Below are positions 47,190-55,341 of a stretch of DNA of 64,000 bases, one piece after another. The notes below the pieces were generated by a model. That model did not search any database. It had not been told where the DNA came from and saw only the letters and a program-made list of their open reading frames with translations. Source of the stretch: Gemmatales bacterium (lineage in GTDB: Bacteria > Planctomycetota > Planctomycetia > Gemmatales > HRBIN36); contig JANWWR010000073.1 in the NCBI GenBank assembly GCA_025055835.1, positions 11,379 through 75,378 on the forward strand, written 5' to 3'. How positions within the stretch are numbered: the stretch's first letter is position 1; every line of letters starts with the position of its first letter. The translations under genes and the position numbers were made by a program.

Positions 47190-49136
47190 ATGAACAACTC
47201 TGGAAAAGACAGCGTCATGGAAGCGGCCGAAGGGGAGGAACAACGCATCGGTATGGAGGCCCCGAGTCAGCCTTCGCTGGAGGAGGAAAAGGAACCGAAG
47301 GCGGCCCGCACCGCTGGGGTCGTGGGCCTTTTCTTCCTGCTTTTCGGCCTGTTCATGCTCCTGTGGAATTGGGCTCACCAGGCCTACGAATGGGCGAACA
47401 AAGGCTGGCCGTGGAGCGTCCGCTTCTCCGTGCCGCTGATCGCCGTCTGGCTGGTGCTCGGCTGCGGCAGCACGCTGTTCCACGCCTTCCAGGATCGTGA
47501 CAGAAGCGTGCGTCGGGGTTATGGTTTTGTGGCCTACATGCTTCTGTTGTTCGGAAGCGTCGTCACCGTCGTCAGTTTGTCGTTGGCCTGGCTAGGCGGG
47601 TTGCAATTGCAACCGGATTGGCTGCCCCGCTTGCTGGCCGGGCTGATCGGCGGCGCGGTGGGCCTGATTCTCGTCGGCAGCGCGACAGCCGGTTTCGTCG
47701 GAGCCGCGATCGGCAACCCGCCCGCGGAGTTGGGCTGGAAAGACCTGATCCGATGGAAATTAAGCTATCCGGCACGCTGGCTCACCGGGATGCGAACCAA
47801 CAGCCGCGTGCAGCAGGCGACCCTCGCGGGAATCTTCGCTGCCGGTGTCTTCCTGGCCACGGCGCTGCTGGCTCCGGGCATTAACCTGTTGCCCTACAGC
47901 ATGGCGGCTCTTGCCCTGGGGTTCGTGTACCTGCTTCCGTTCACGGCCAATGAGACAGAGTCGGACTGGCGTGAGGGGGCGGCCAACATCTACGGGGCCA
48001 TCGGTTGGGCCGCGGCGTTGTTCACCCTGGCGAGCAGCTTCCTCGATCTGTTCGGCGTCCCGAGCTTTGCCGTGCCCTACGGGGCGGCCGCCGTGTTCCT
48101 CGGTTTTCCATTCCTGGCCGCGTACATCGGGGCCAAAGGGGCGGACTCCGACGACGGCTACTGGACCTCGCGGGCTGTGGCGTATCTCGGCATTGTCCTG
48201 ATTCTGATCGCCGGAGTGCGGAGCATCGCCCCGCTGGTCGCCGACCTCGTTTCCGAAGGGGCTCGGGCACAGGGTTATTTCCTGCCCGCTGGCTTCTTTC
48301 TCATGCTCATCGGCGGCATCTACCTCCTGACCGGGGCGACCTTGGCCTCCGATTCGCGATTGCTCGTCATGATGCGAAAGGAACTGGCAGCTCTGCTGGG
48401 GCCTTCGCTGGGTTGGGTGGTCCTGGCGGGGATGGCCGGCATGGCCGGGTTCTCGTTCTACCTCTTCATCAGCTTCCTCGTACCGGACGATCCCTTCGCC
48501 GTCGGCCGTGGGCAACTCGTAGCCGAGGAGCCGATCATTCAGAACTATTTCCTCGAATTCATTCCGCTGGTCTGCCTGATTCTCCTGGTACCGCTGCTGA
48601 CCATGCGAATGCTCAGTGAAGAGAATCGCACGGGAACGCTGGAGGTTCTGCTGGCCGCCCCGGTGACTGAGTGGGAAATCGTGCTCAGCAAGTTTCTAGC
48701 GGTGTGGATCTTCAACATGATCGCCTGGAGCTTATGGGCCGTTTTTCCGTTCACGCTCTGGATTTACTCCGGCGAGCCGTTCGACTATCGGCCCATGCTC
48801 AGCTTCTACGTCGGCATCGGAGCGATGACCGCCGGTTTCCTGGCGATGGGACTGTTCTTCTCCAGCATTACGCCCAATCAGATCGTGGCGGCGCTGTTGA
48901 CGTCGGTGGTCATGATCGTGCTGACGATCATTGTCATCTTCATGTTCCAGTTGATGAACGACCCGGCGGCCTCGCAGACGAAGCGGGAAGCCCTGGGTTA
49001 TGTGTCGTACTATCACCATTTGATGGAGTTCGTCCGCGGCCGGGTGCATTTGCGCTTCGTCCTGTTCCACCTCTCGCTGGCCGCGTTCTGGTTGTTCCTG
49101 ACCGTCAAGGTGCTTGAAGCCCGCAAATGGCGGTGA
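47190..49136 (+). CDS. ABC-2 (GldF-like) permease fused to a roughly 390-aa N-terminal polytopic membrane domain
   Basis: 648 aa. The C-terminal roughly 240 aa carry MRMLSEENRTGTLEVLLAAPVTEWEIVLSKFLA (the ABC-2 hallmark). The N-terminal half is multiple hydrophobic helices with no motif I recognise. Confidence 0.8.
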   Translation: MNNSGKDSVMEAAEGEEQRIGMEAPSQPSLEEEKEPKAARTAGVVGLFFLLFGLFMLLWNWAHQAYEWANKGWPWSVRFSVPLIAVWLVLGCGSTLFHAFQDRDRSVRRGYGFVAYMLLLFGSVVTVVSLSLAWLGGLQLQPDWLPRLLAGLIGGAVGLILVGSATAGFVGAAIGNPPAELGWKDLIRWKLSYPARWLTGMRTNSRVQQATLAGIFAAGVFLATALLAPGINLLPYSMAALALGFVYLLPFTANETESDWREGAANIYGAIGWAAALFTLASSFLDLFGVPSFAVPYGAAAVFLGFPFLAAYIGAKGADSDDGYWTSRAVAYLGIVLILIAGVRSIAPLVADLVSEGARAQGYFLPAGFFLMLIGGIYLLTGATLASDSRLLVMMRKELAALLGPSLGWVVLAGMAGMAGFSFYLFISFLVPDDPFAVGRGQLVAEEPIIQNYFLEFIPLVCLILLVPLLTMRMLSEENRTGTLEVLLAAPVTEWEIVLSKFLAVWIFNMIAWSLWAVFPFTLWIYSGEPFDYRPMLSFYVGIGAMTAGFLAMGLFFSSITPNQIVAALLTSVVMIVLTIIVIFMFQLMNDPAASQTKREALGYVSYYHHLMEFVRGRVHLRFVLFHLSLAAFWLFLTVKVLEARKWR

Positions 49137-51229
49137 TGCCATCGCACGGCTTTAAGCCCGTTGCTTATTTGGGAAGTGCCATGAGCTTTCTCCGGTTTTC
49201 TTCCGAGTCCCGACACGTTTCCCAACCCGTGTTGATCGCTGTCAGCGTCTTTACGCTGTTCATGTTGGGAATGCTGATCTACCAGGGCAATCAGCTGTAC
49301 CACACCTCGAGCGAGGATTCCCTGGCCTGGTACGGTCATGCCTACATGGTCTTCTGGTCCGTGTTCAACCTTCTTCTCGGCATCGGTGCCTTGCTCTACA
49401 TCTGGTTTCCTCGCGGTGACCAGCTGCCGTCCGACTTGACTGCTCCACCCGACAAGATGGTGATCCTGAGCATCGGCGGGCTGTTCGGGCTGAGCCTGGT
49501 GGTACTCGGCGTGATGTTCAGCATGCTGTGGTGGAACGCCTCCGTAGGTGGCCTGTTCACTGGCCGGGACGCCTGGAAGGGAGGACCGACACTGGCCCAT
49601 TACCGGCCTTACATCGTCCTTGGCCTGATTCTTTTCGGGCTGATGGCGATGCTGGCCAGCATCCTGGTGGTGCAGTCGGAGGAGCGGCGCAATCCGACGC
49701 TGCGTCGGCTGGTGTACGGCTATGTCACGGTATTTACCGGCCTGATGCTGGCGGCCGTGCTGACAGCCACGAATGTGCTGGCTTTCTTCTACGTCCAGGA
49801 AAACGGCCTGGATCCCTTCGACTGGACCGAGGGTCACGTTTACAGCCTCAGTCCCGGCACCAAGCAGATCCTCAAAGACCTCAAGAAGCCGGTGGCGATC
49901 TACGTTCTGCTCTCGCCTCGGACGGTCCTTTTCGCCGATGTCAAAACCCTGCTGAGCAACTTCCAGAACGTGACGGACAAGATCGAGGTCGAATTCGTCA
50001 ACCCGGCCAATCCTTTTACGGTGGCGGCCTTGATGCAGCAATACCCGTTCACGGGCCGGGAGGGGGTGCTGGTGGTTTACGATCCCGACGGCAAGCCCAG
50101 TTTCCAGTTCCTCAAACCAACGCCGGATCTGGAAAGCGTCAGCGGCCGGAATCCCTTCGGCGGAGGCGAAGAGGAGCGCGCCTTCAAGGGTGAGCAAGCC
50201 ATTATCTCGGCCATCAAATCGCTTCAGCAGGGTGAGATCAAGAACATCGTGTACTTTACCCAAGACAGCGGTGAGTTGTCTCTCGACAGCTTCGATTCGC
50301 AGGTCCCGGACATCGGGCTGGGTCGGCTCTCTTCGCTGCTCCAGGAGGACAAGATTTACGAGGTGAAGCCGCTCAACCTCGGCAGCGTGAGCAAGATTCC
50401 CGATGATGCAATGGCCGTCGTCATCGCCGGCCCGCGGCAGGAGTTCACGGCCCGCAAGGTGGATTTGCTGAAAGAGTACATGAAGGACCCCAAGCACAAG
50501 CTCATTGTGCTTCTCGACGTCTATGACCGTACTCCAACTCCGACGGGCCTGGAAAAGTTTCTCAGCGAATATGGTGTAACGGTCGGTCAGGATGTCATTC
50601 TCAATGGCATCAGTCCCGAGGCGCCTACGGCGGTCTTTCTCCGAGTTGCACCCAATGCGGACACCGTGTTCCGGGACTCGTTCAGAACCATTGCATTCTT
50701 CGCCTGGTCGGAGGCTCGCAGTGTCCGTCCGGCGACGGAGTCCGGCGGCGAGTACGTCGCCTCTCCGCTGTTCACGACCTTGGCCGCCGAGGGACGGTAT
50801 CAGTGGGCCGAGGAGAAGCCAGGCGAGGTTCTCAAGGATCCCGAAGCCTTCGAGAAGAAGGCCTCAACGCGGACTCCGACCATTCCTGTCGCGGTCACCG
50901 TCCGGGAAAGAAAGCCCGTCGATCCCAACGACGTGCATTCCCAGGGCAAACCGCGATTGGTGGTCTTCGGCGATGCGACCTGGGTAAGCAATGCCTACAT
51001 CAACGATCCCCGCATGGGGGCGCTGAGCTACCGAATCTTTACCAGTTGCCTGAGTTGGCTTCAGGAAAGGTACTCGGAAGTGACCGACGTGGAACCGAAA
51101 ACCCGGAAGTACTACCGTGTGACGATCCCGCCGGATCGCAAATTCGCCCTCATGGTAGTTCCGGGAATCGTCGTGTTCAGCGTGGTTACCGCGTGCGGTC
51201 TGGCCGTGCTGCTGTTGCGGCGTCGGTGA
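49127..51229 (+). CDS. GldG-like ABC-transporter auxiliary protein with N-terminal polytopic domain and C-terminal TM
   Basis: 700 aa, overlapping the permease by 10 nt. About 6 TM helices (aa 1-235), then a GldG-type body (IEVEFVNP..., VVIAGPRQEFTARKVDLLKEYM) and a C-terminal anchor LMVVPGIVVFSVVTACGLAVLLL. Confidence 0.75.
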   Translation: MAVMPSHGFKPVAYLGSAMSFLRFSSESRHVSQPVLIAVSVFTLFMLGMLIYQGNQLYHTSSEDSLAWYGHAYMVFWSVFNLLLGIGALLYIWFPRGDQLPSDLTAPPDKMVILSIGGLFGLSLVVLGVMFSMLWWNASVGGLFTGRDAWKGGPTLAHYRPYIVLGLILFGLMAMLASILVVQSEERRNPTLRRLVYGYVTVFTGLMLAAVLTATNVLAFFYVQENGLDPFDWTEGHVYSLSPGTKQILKDLKKPVAIYVLLSPRTVLFADVKTLLSNFQNVTDKIEVEFVNPANPFTVAALMQQYPFTGREGVLVVYDPDGKPSFQFLKPTPDLESVSGRNPFGGGEEERAFKGEQAIISAIKSLQQGEIKNIVYFTQDSGELSLDSFDSQVPDIGLGRLSSLLQEDKIYEVKPLNLGSVSKIPDDAMAVVIAGPRQEFTARKVDLLKEYMKDPKHKLIVLLDVYDRTPTPTGLEKFLSEYGVTVGQDVILNGISPEAPTAVFLRVAPNADTVFRDSFRTIAFFAWSEARSVRPATESGGEYVASPLFTTLAAEGRYQWAEEKPGEVLKDPEAFEKKASTRTPTIPVAVTVRERKPVDPNDVHSQGKPRLVVFGDATWVSNAYINDPRMGALSYRIFTSCLSWLQERYSEVTDVEPKTRKYYRVTIPPDRKFALMVVPGIVVFSVVTACGLAVLLLRRR

Positions 51230-54183
51230 TGAAGGGAGATGCAGCGATGAACCTGCGGACCCCGTTGATCCTCTTCGGCGTGTTGCTCATTCTGATCGCC
51301 GTTTTCTTCGGCCTTCAGTTCTTCGGGTATCAAACACCCGTGGAGCGCAAGGAGAGCGAAAAGTATCTGCTGGCCTCCCTGCGGCGGGGCAAAGAGCGGT
51401 TTGCGGTGGTCCCTGCTGCCGATTTCACCCAGGTTGTCATCACCCGAACCAACGACGACGGCAGTGCTGAGCGCATCGAGTTTCGCCGCAAACCGTCCGA
51501 AGACGGCAAGGGCGTCGGGCCGTGGGAGATGGTCGCTCCGAAGAAGGTGCGGGTCAGCACGCGGGCCGTGGACAGCCTCATCGAACAGCTGGCGGACGCC
51601 CAGAAGGATTTGCAGGCCGATCTGGGCAAGGACTTGAGCCTCTACGGCCTCGATAAGCCGAGCGTTACCGTGACCCTGACCAGGGATGTGAAGGACAAGG
51701 AAGGCAAGAAAACCGGGACCGAAGAACTCACGGTTTCCTTCGGCAAAACCAGTCCGCACAAGGAAGACCCGCTCATCTACGCCATGACATCTGAGGCCCC
51801 CAACAAGCCCGTGGCCGTGCCCAAGAACCGGGTGGATCGCGCTCTGGGGTCCGTTAACGACTTCCGCGACAAGGAATTGCTCGGCAGCGCCATTAATGTT
51901 CAAGGGGTCCGCGTGGCCAAGGCAGGCGAAAAGCCCATGGAACTGGCACGGGTGCACAATCGCGATTGGAAGTTCGTCGAACCCAAGTATGGCGAGGCGG
52001 ACACCCGAGCCGCTGACGATCTGGTCAATGCTCTGTCCGACATCCGCGTGGCCCGCAACGAGGACTTCGTGGACGACGGACCTCTGGACGAGGCCAAGCT
52101 CTCCAAGTATGGCGTCACCCCGGAAAAGGCGACAGCGACGGCCACTTTCCGGGTCAAGTCGCCGACCGATACGGCGGAGAAGACCAGCACGCTTTTGATC
52201 GGTCAGCGAGACGCCGAGCAGGAGAACCGGTTGCTGGCTCGCCGCGGCGGGCTTCTTGCTGGGGACTGCGTGCCGGTCCTCTCCGGTCCATGGTCGGCCC
52301 TGGCCGGGGTCGCCGCGTTCCAAGCCGGCCGTGCCGAAGACGCTCAGACCGTCGGCTACTACGCCCGGCTCCAAACCGATGAGTTTGTCGTCCGCATCGA
52401 AGCCAAGCACCTTAAGGCATTCGAAAAAAACCCTGATGAACTACGCAGCCGCCATCTCGCCCGCTTGGACGCCACCAAGGTGGATGCGATTGATCTCAAG
52501 TCCGCCGGCGAGACGCTGCGCTTCCGTCGGCCCCAGCTGACGACCAAGGGAGAATCGTCGGCCTCGACCCCGGTACCGTCCGAGTGGGACCTCCATACGG
52601 ACCAACGAGCTACCGTGAAAACCCATCTCGACACGGTGACAAAGCTGATCGACGCAGTCAACAAGGTCGAAGTCTCCGGACCGAAGAACTTCCTCGATGA
52701 CGACGCCAAGCAGCGGGCCTGGTTCGGTTCGGATCCCTTGGATCTGGGGTTGGACCAGCCACGGGCGGAACTGACGTTCTGGGAGGAAGGCATTCAGCGG
52801 GACAAAGACGGCAAGCCGGAAGGCAGCGGCGAACCGAAGCTCAAGGCCGATGTCAAAGACAAACCGGCTTTACGCCTCGCCATCGGTCGCAAGGACGAGA
52901 AGCGCGGCGTCATTTACGTCCGGAGAGAGATGCCTGACACCCTTCCCGCGATCCTGGCCGTTCCCGATCCGTGGCAGTCCTCACCCACCCAGGCTGACAG
53001 CTCCGCGCGTCCCTTCCCGCCTGCCGACGGAGGACGACAAATAATTTCACTGAGTGAACTAGCCACGGCCGGGTACTACCACTACCGCGACCATGTCCTG
53101 CCGAGCTTCAAACCCAACGAGGCAATCAAGCTGACATTCACGCGCAGCGATGTGACCTACGAGTTGGAACGGGAGCCGCAAGCCGAGGGAGAAGCGTCGA
53201 AGCCTCGGCCGTGGAAACTCAAGCAGCCTGTCGAAGGCGATGGGGCGACCGCCACCGACATGCTTCTGCTCAGTCTCTCGCGCATCTCTGCCGACCGGCT
53301 CATCACCGACCGCGCCACGGACCGAGACCGCAAGGAGAAATTCGGTTTAGCGGACAACCCGCTGCTTCAGTGTCAGGTGACTGTCAAGGAAAAGGACAAG
53401 AAGGAGCCGGCGGTATTCCGCTATGTGATCGGCAGACCAGCGGAAGGCAGTTCAGAGAAGGGGAAGAACTATTACGCCCGGGTCGAGATCAAGCCCTCGG
53501 AAGGCCCGACTCCAGACGCCAACGATTTCGTATTCCTTGTGCCGGAAGACGTGGTTCGGATGCTGGATGTCGAACTGCGAGCCAATACCGTCTTCAGCCC
53601 GGAATCGTCAGCCAAGCCTGCCAGTGTCAAGCTGACCTGGCACGACAAGACCAAGAACTTCGAGAAGACCGTCCTCGAATTGGCTTACAAAAAGGGCCAG
53701 GAGGGCAATGACAAAGGCACATGGGAGGTGGTTTCGTACATGGTGGGCGGCAAGGATGCCAAGGACTCGCTGCCCAAGCTCGACTTCGCCAAGGTGAATC
53801 GGCTCGTCGGACTGGAAACGGGCATGCCGCAGATCAGCTTGCTGTCCACGGAGCGGTTCATTCTCCATAAGGGCCAGCCCAAAGAGGAATGGCGGCTGAA
53901 TCCCGAGGATGCCAAGGCCCTGCCGTCGTTCATGGTCGAGGTGAAGTACGACAACGGCAATTCTCGCACCCTGATCGTGGGGGAAACGTACACGCCCGAT
54001 CCCCAGCGGATGCCCGGGCTGCGGGGTGGATCTTACTATCTGGCCCGATCGTCCACCTTGCCGGACGCCGTCTTCCTTCTCAACGGGGCGGATTTCAAAC
54101 CGCTGGTTGAAGGCATCGCTTTCTTCCGAGCGGCTGAGCCGATGGCATCTGGCCCCAGGAAGGCGGACCTGAGAGGTCTTTGA
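51229..54183 (+). CDS. DUF4340-repeat protein (four repeats), N-terminally anchored
   Basis: 984 aa. The ATG overlaps the upstream TGA (TGATG). TM LILFGVLLILIAVFFGL. Four W-x-[LMV]..P...AD...V..L[IL]..L... [YF]GL..P repeats, e.g. VDSLIEQLADA...LSLYGLDKPSVTVTL. Confidence 0.75.
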   Translation: MKGDAAMNLRTPLILFGVLLILIAVFFGLQFFGYQTPVERKESEKYLLASLRRGKERFAVVPAADFTQVVITRTNDDGSAERIEFRRKPSEDGKGVGPWEMVAPKKVRVSTRAVDSLIEQLADAQKDLQADLGKDLSLYGLDKPSVTVTLTRDVKDKEGKKTGTEELTVSFGKTSPHKEDPLIYAMTSEAPNKPVAVPKNRVDRALGSVNDFRDKELLGSAINVQGVRVAKAGEKPMELARVHNRDWKFVEPKYGEADTRAADDLVNALSDIRVARNEDFVDDGPLDEAKLSKYGVTPEKATATATFRVKSPTDTAEKTSTLLIGQRDAEQENRLLARRGGLLAGDCVPVLSGPWSALAGVAAFQAGRAEDAQTVGYYARLQTDEFVVRIEAKHLKAFEKNPDELRSRHLARLDATKVDAIDLKSAGETLRFRRPQLTTKGESSASTPVPSEWDLHTDQRATVKTHLDTVTKLIDAVNKVEVSGPKNFLDDDAKQRAWFGSDPLDLGLDQPRAELTFWEEGIQRDKDGKPEGSGEPKLKADVKDKPALRLAIGRKDEKRGVIYVRREMPDTLPAILAVPDPWQSSPTQADSSARPFPPADGGRQIISLSELATAGYYHYRDHVLPSFKPNEAIKLTFTRSDVTYELEREPQAEGEASKPRPWKLKQPVEGDGATATDMLLLSLSRISADRLITDRATDRDRKEKFGLADNPLLQCQVTVKEKDKKEPAVFRYVIGRPAEGSSEKGKNYYARVEIKPSEGPTPDANDFVFLVPEDVVRMLDVELRANTVFSPESSAKPASVKLTWHDKTKNFEKTVLELAYKKGQEGNDKGTWEVVSYMVGGKDAKDSLPKLDFAKVNRLVGLETGMPQISLLSTERFILHKGQPKEEWRLNPEDAKALPSFMVEVKYDNGNSRTLIVGETYTPDPQRMPGLRGGSYYLARSSTLPDAVFLLNGADFKPLVEGIAFFRAAEPMASGPRKADLRGL

Positions 54184-54193
54184 AACGACTAGT

Positions 54194-54222
54194 TTGACAA
54201 GCTTCCTTGCGTGTTCTACGTT
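54194..54222 (+). promoter_or_regulatory. Sigma70-like promoter candidate (TTGACA-17-TACGTT) upstream of the TadE-like genes
   Basis: Consensus -35 with a 17-nt spacer, 11 nt after the DUF4340 stop and about 165 nt upstream of the ATG at 54387. Confidence 0.35.
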
Positions 54223-54386
54223 TCCCATGAGGCCGGTCCCCGAGCGGCTCCAGGCATCGGTGTTCCCCTGCCGTCTTCTCGGCCCGTTCCCGTCATCCTC
54301 CCCGCAGTAAGAGTGGCTGGACCGTGAGTTGTCTGCTCAGCGGTCCGGTTTACTTCCGGCATTGTCACCGCCACGAGGGCAACTCC

Positions 54387-54869
54387 ATGTCTCGTCGTCG
54401 CCATCATGCTCCCCGTCAGGCTGCTGCAACCGTCGAATTGGCCGTAACGTTGGCCTTCCTGATTCTGCCCGTGTTTCTCGGCCTGTGGGAGATGTCCTGT
54501 GTCATCGAGGCGAATCAACTGTTGTCGAATGCCTGTCGGGAAGCGGGTCGGCAAGCGGCAGGCGGAGCACGCTCGCCGACGGAGGTGGAGCAGGCCGTCC
54601 GCAATTACCTGAGCCATCACGGCGTAGACGTCAGCCGGGTCGTGGTGACGCTGACCAATTTAACCAGTACCAGCCGTTCCGATCCCCGTTATGCGGAGCA
54701 GATGGATCATTTCCGCATCCATGCCCGGGTGCCTTATGCCGATCTGCGTCCGGGCAGCACCGCCACCATTATTCAGCTGCTGGGCGTTCTCGAAGTCGAG
54801 GCCTCGGCGGACTGGTTTTCCATGAAGGACATTCCGGTGACGGTGGACGGCACGATTCCGATCGAATAG
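54387..54869 (+). CDS. TadE-like pseudopilin/minor pilin family protein
   Basis: MSRRRHHAPRQAAATVELAVTLAFLILPVFLGLWEM is the TadE N-terminal motif (A.VE.A + hydrophobic helix). The track ORF from 54324 is trimmed. Confidence 0.75.
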   Translation: MSRRRHHAPRQAAATVELAVTLAFLILPVFLGLWEMSCVIEANQLLSNACREAGRQAAGGARSPTEVEQAVRNYLSHHGVDVSRVVVTLTNLTSTSRSDPRYAEQMDHFRIHARVPYADLRPGSTATIIQLLGVLEVEASADWFSMKDIPVTVDGTIPIE

Positions 54870-54882
54870 GAGGAGTTCGGTC

Positions 54883-55323
54883 ATGAGGCTGAAAGGACGT
54901 GGCAAGCCAATACGCCGGGGCGCTCACGCCGTCGAGGCGGCCGTGTGTCTGGCCCTGCTTTTACCCCTCCTCGTGTCGCTCTTCGAATATTGCCGCTATG
55001 TCATGGTCCGGCAGCTGGCCGAGAACGCGGCTCGGGAAGGTGCCCGTCTGGCGGTGGTCAGTACGGACACGCTGACCACCTCGCAGATCACTAGTCATGT
55101 GACTGCCAAGATGGGGGGCCAGACCGGGCATTTGCAAGGGATGCAGATCAGCGTTTATCGGGCGGACCTGACTACCGGCAACAATACCGGAGCGTGGACC
55201 AACGCCCGCTTTGGTGACGGCATCGCCGTGGAAATCACGGGGAATTTTCACCCGATCGGCGGGTGGATGCCCATTACCATTCCCGTCCGCATTCGCTCCA
55301 TCATGTCCAGCGAGTCCAACTAG
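54883..55323 (+). CDS. TadE-like pseudopilin/minor pilin family protein
   Basis: 146 aa with RRGAHAVEAAVCLALLLPLLVSLFEYCRYVMV as the TadE-type N-terminus. Starts 13 nt after the previous gene. Confidence 0.75.
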   Translation: MRLKGRGKPIRRGAHAVEAAVCLALLLPLLVSLFEYCRYVMVRQLAENAAREGARLAVVSTDTLTTSQITSHVTAKMGGQTGHLQGMQISVYRADLTTGNNTGAWTNARFGDGIAVEITGNFHPIGGWMPITIPVRIRSIMSSESN

Positions 55324-55341
55324 CAACGGGAGAGACCGACA

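Noticed and set aside
50803-51228. 5' extension of the DUF4340 ORF (1126-aa track ORF)
   Set aside because: It overlaps the C-terminus of the GldG-like gene in another frame. The ATG at 51229 overlapping the TGA gives a typical N-terminal TM anchor.
54227-54310. 27-aa ORF upstream of the TadE-like genes, considered as a possible Flp pilin
   Set aside because: The sequence MRPVPERLQASVFPCRLLGPFPSSSPQ has no Flp motif (G/xxxxEY) and no hydrophobic helix, so it is most likely 5'-UTR.
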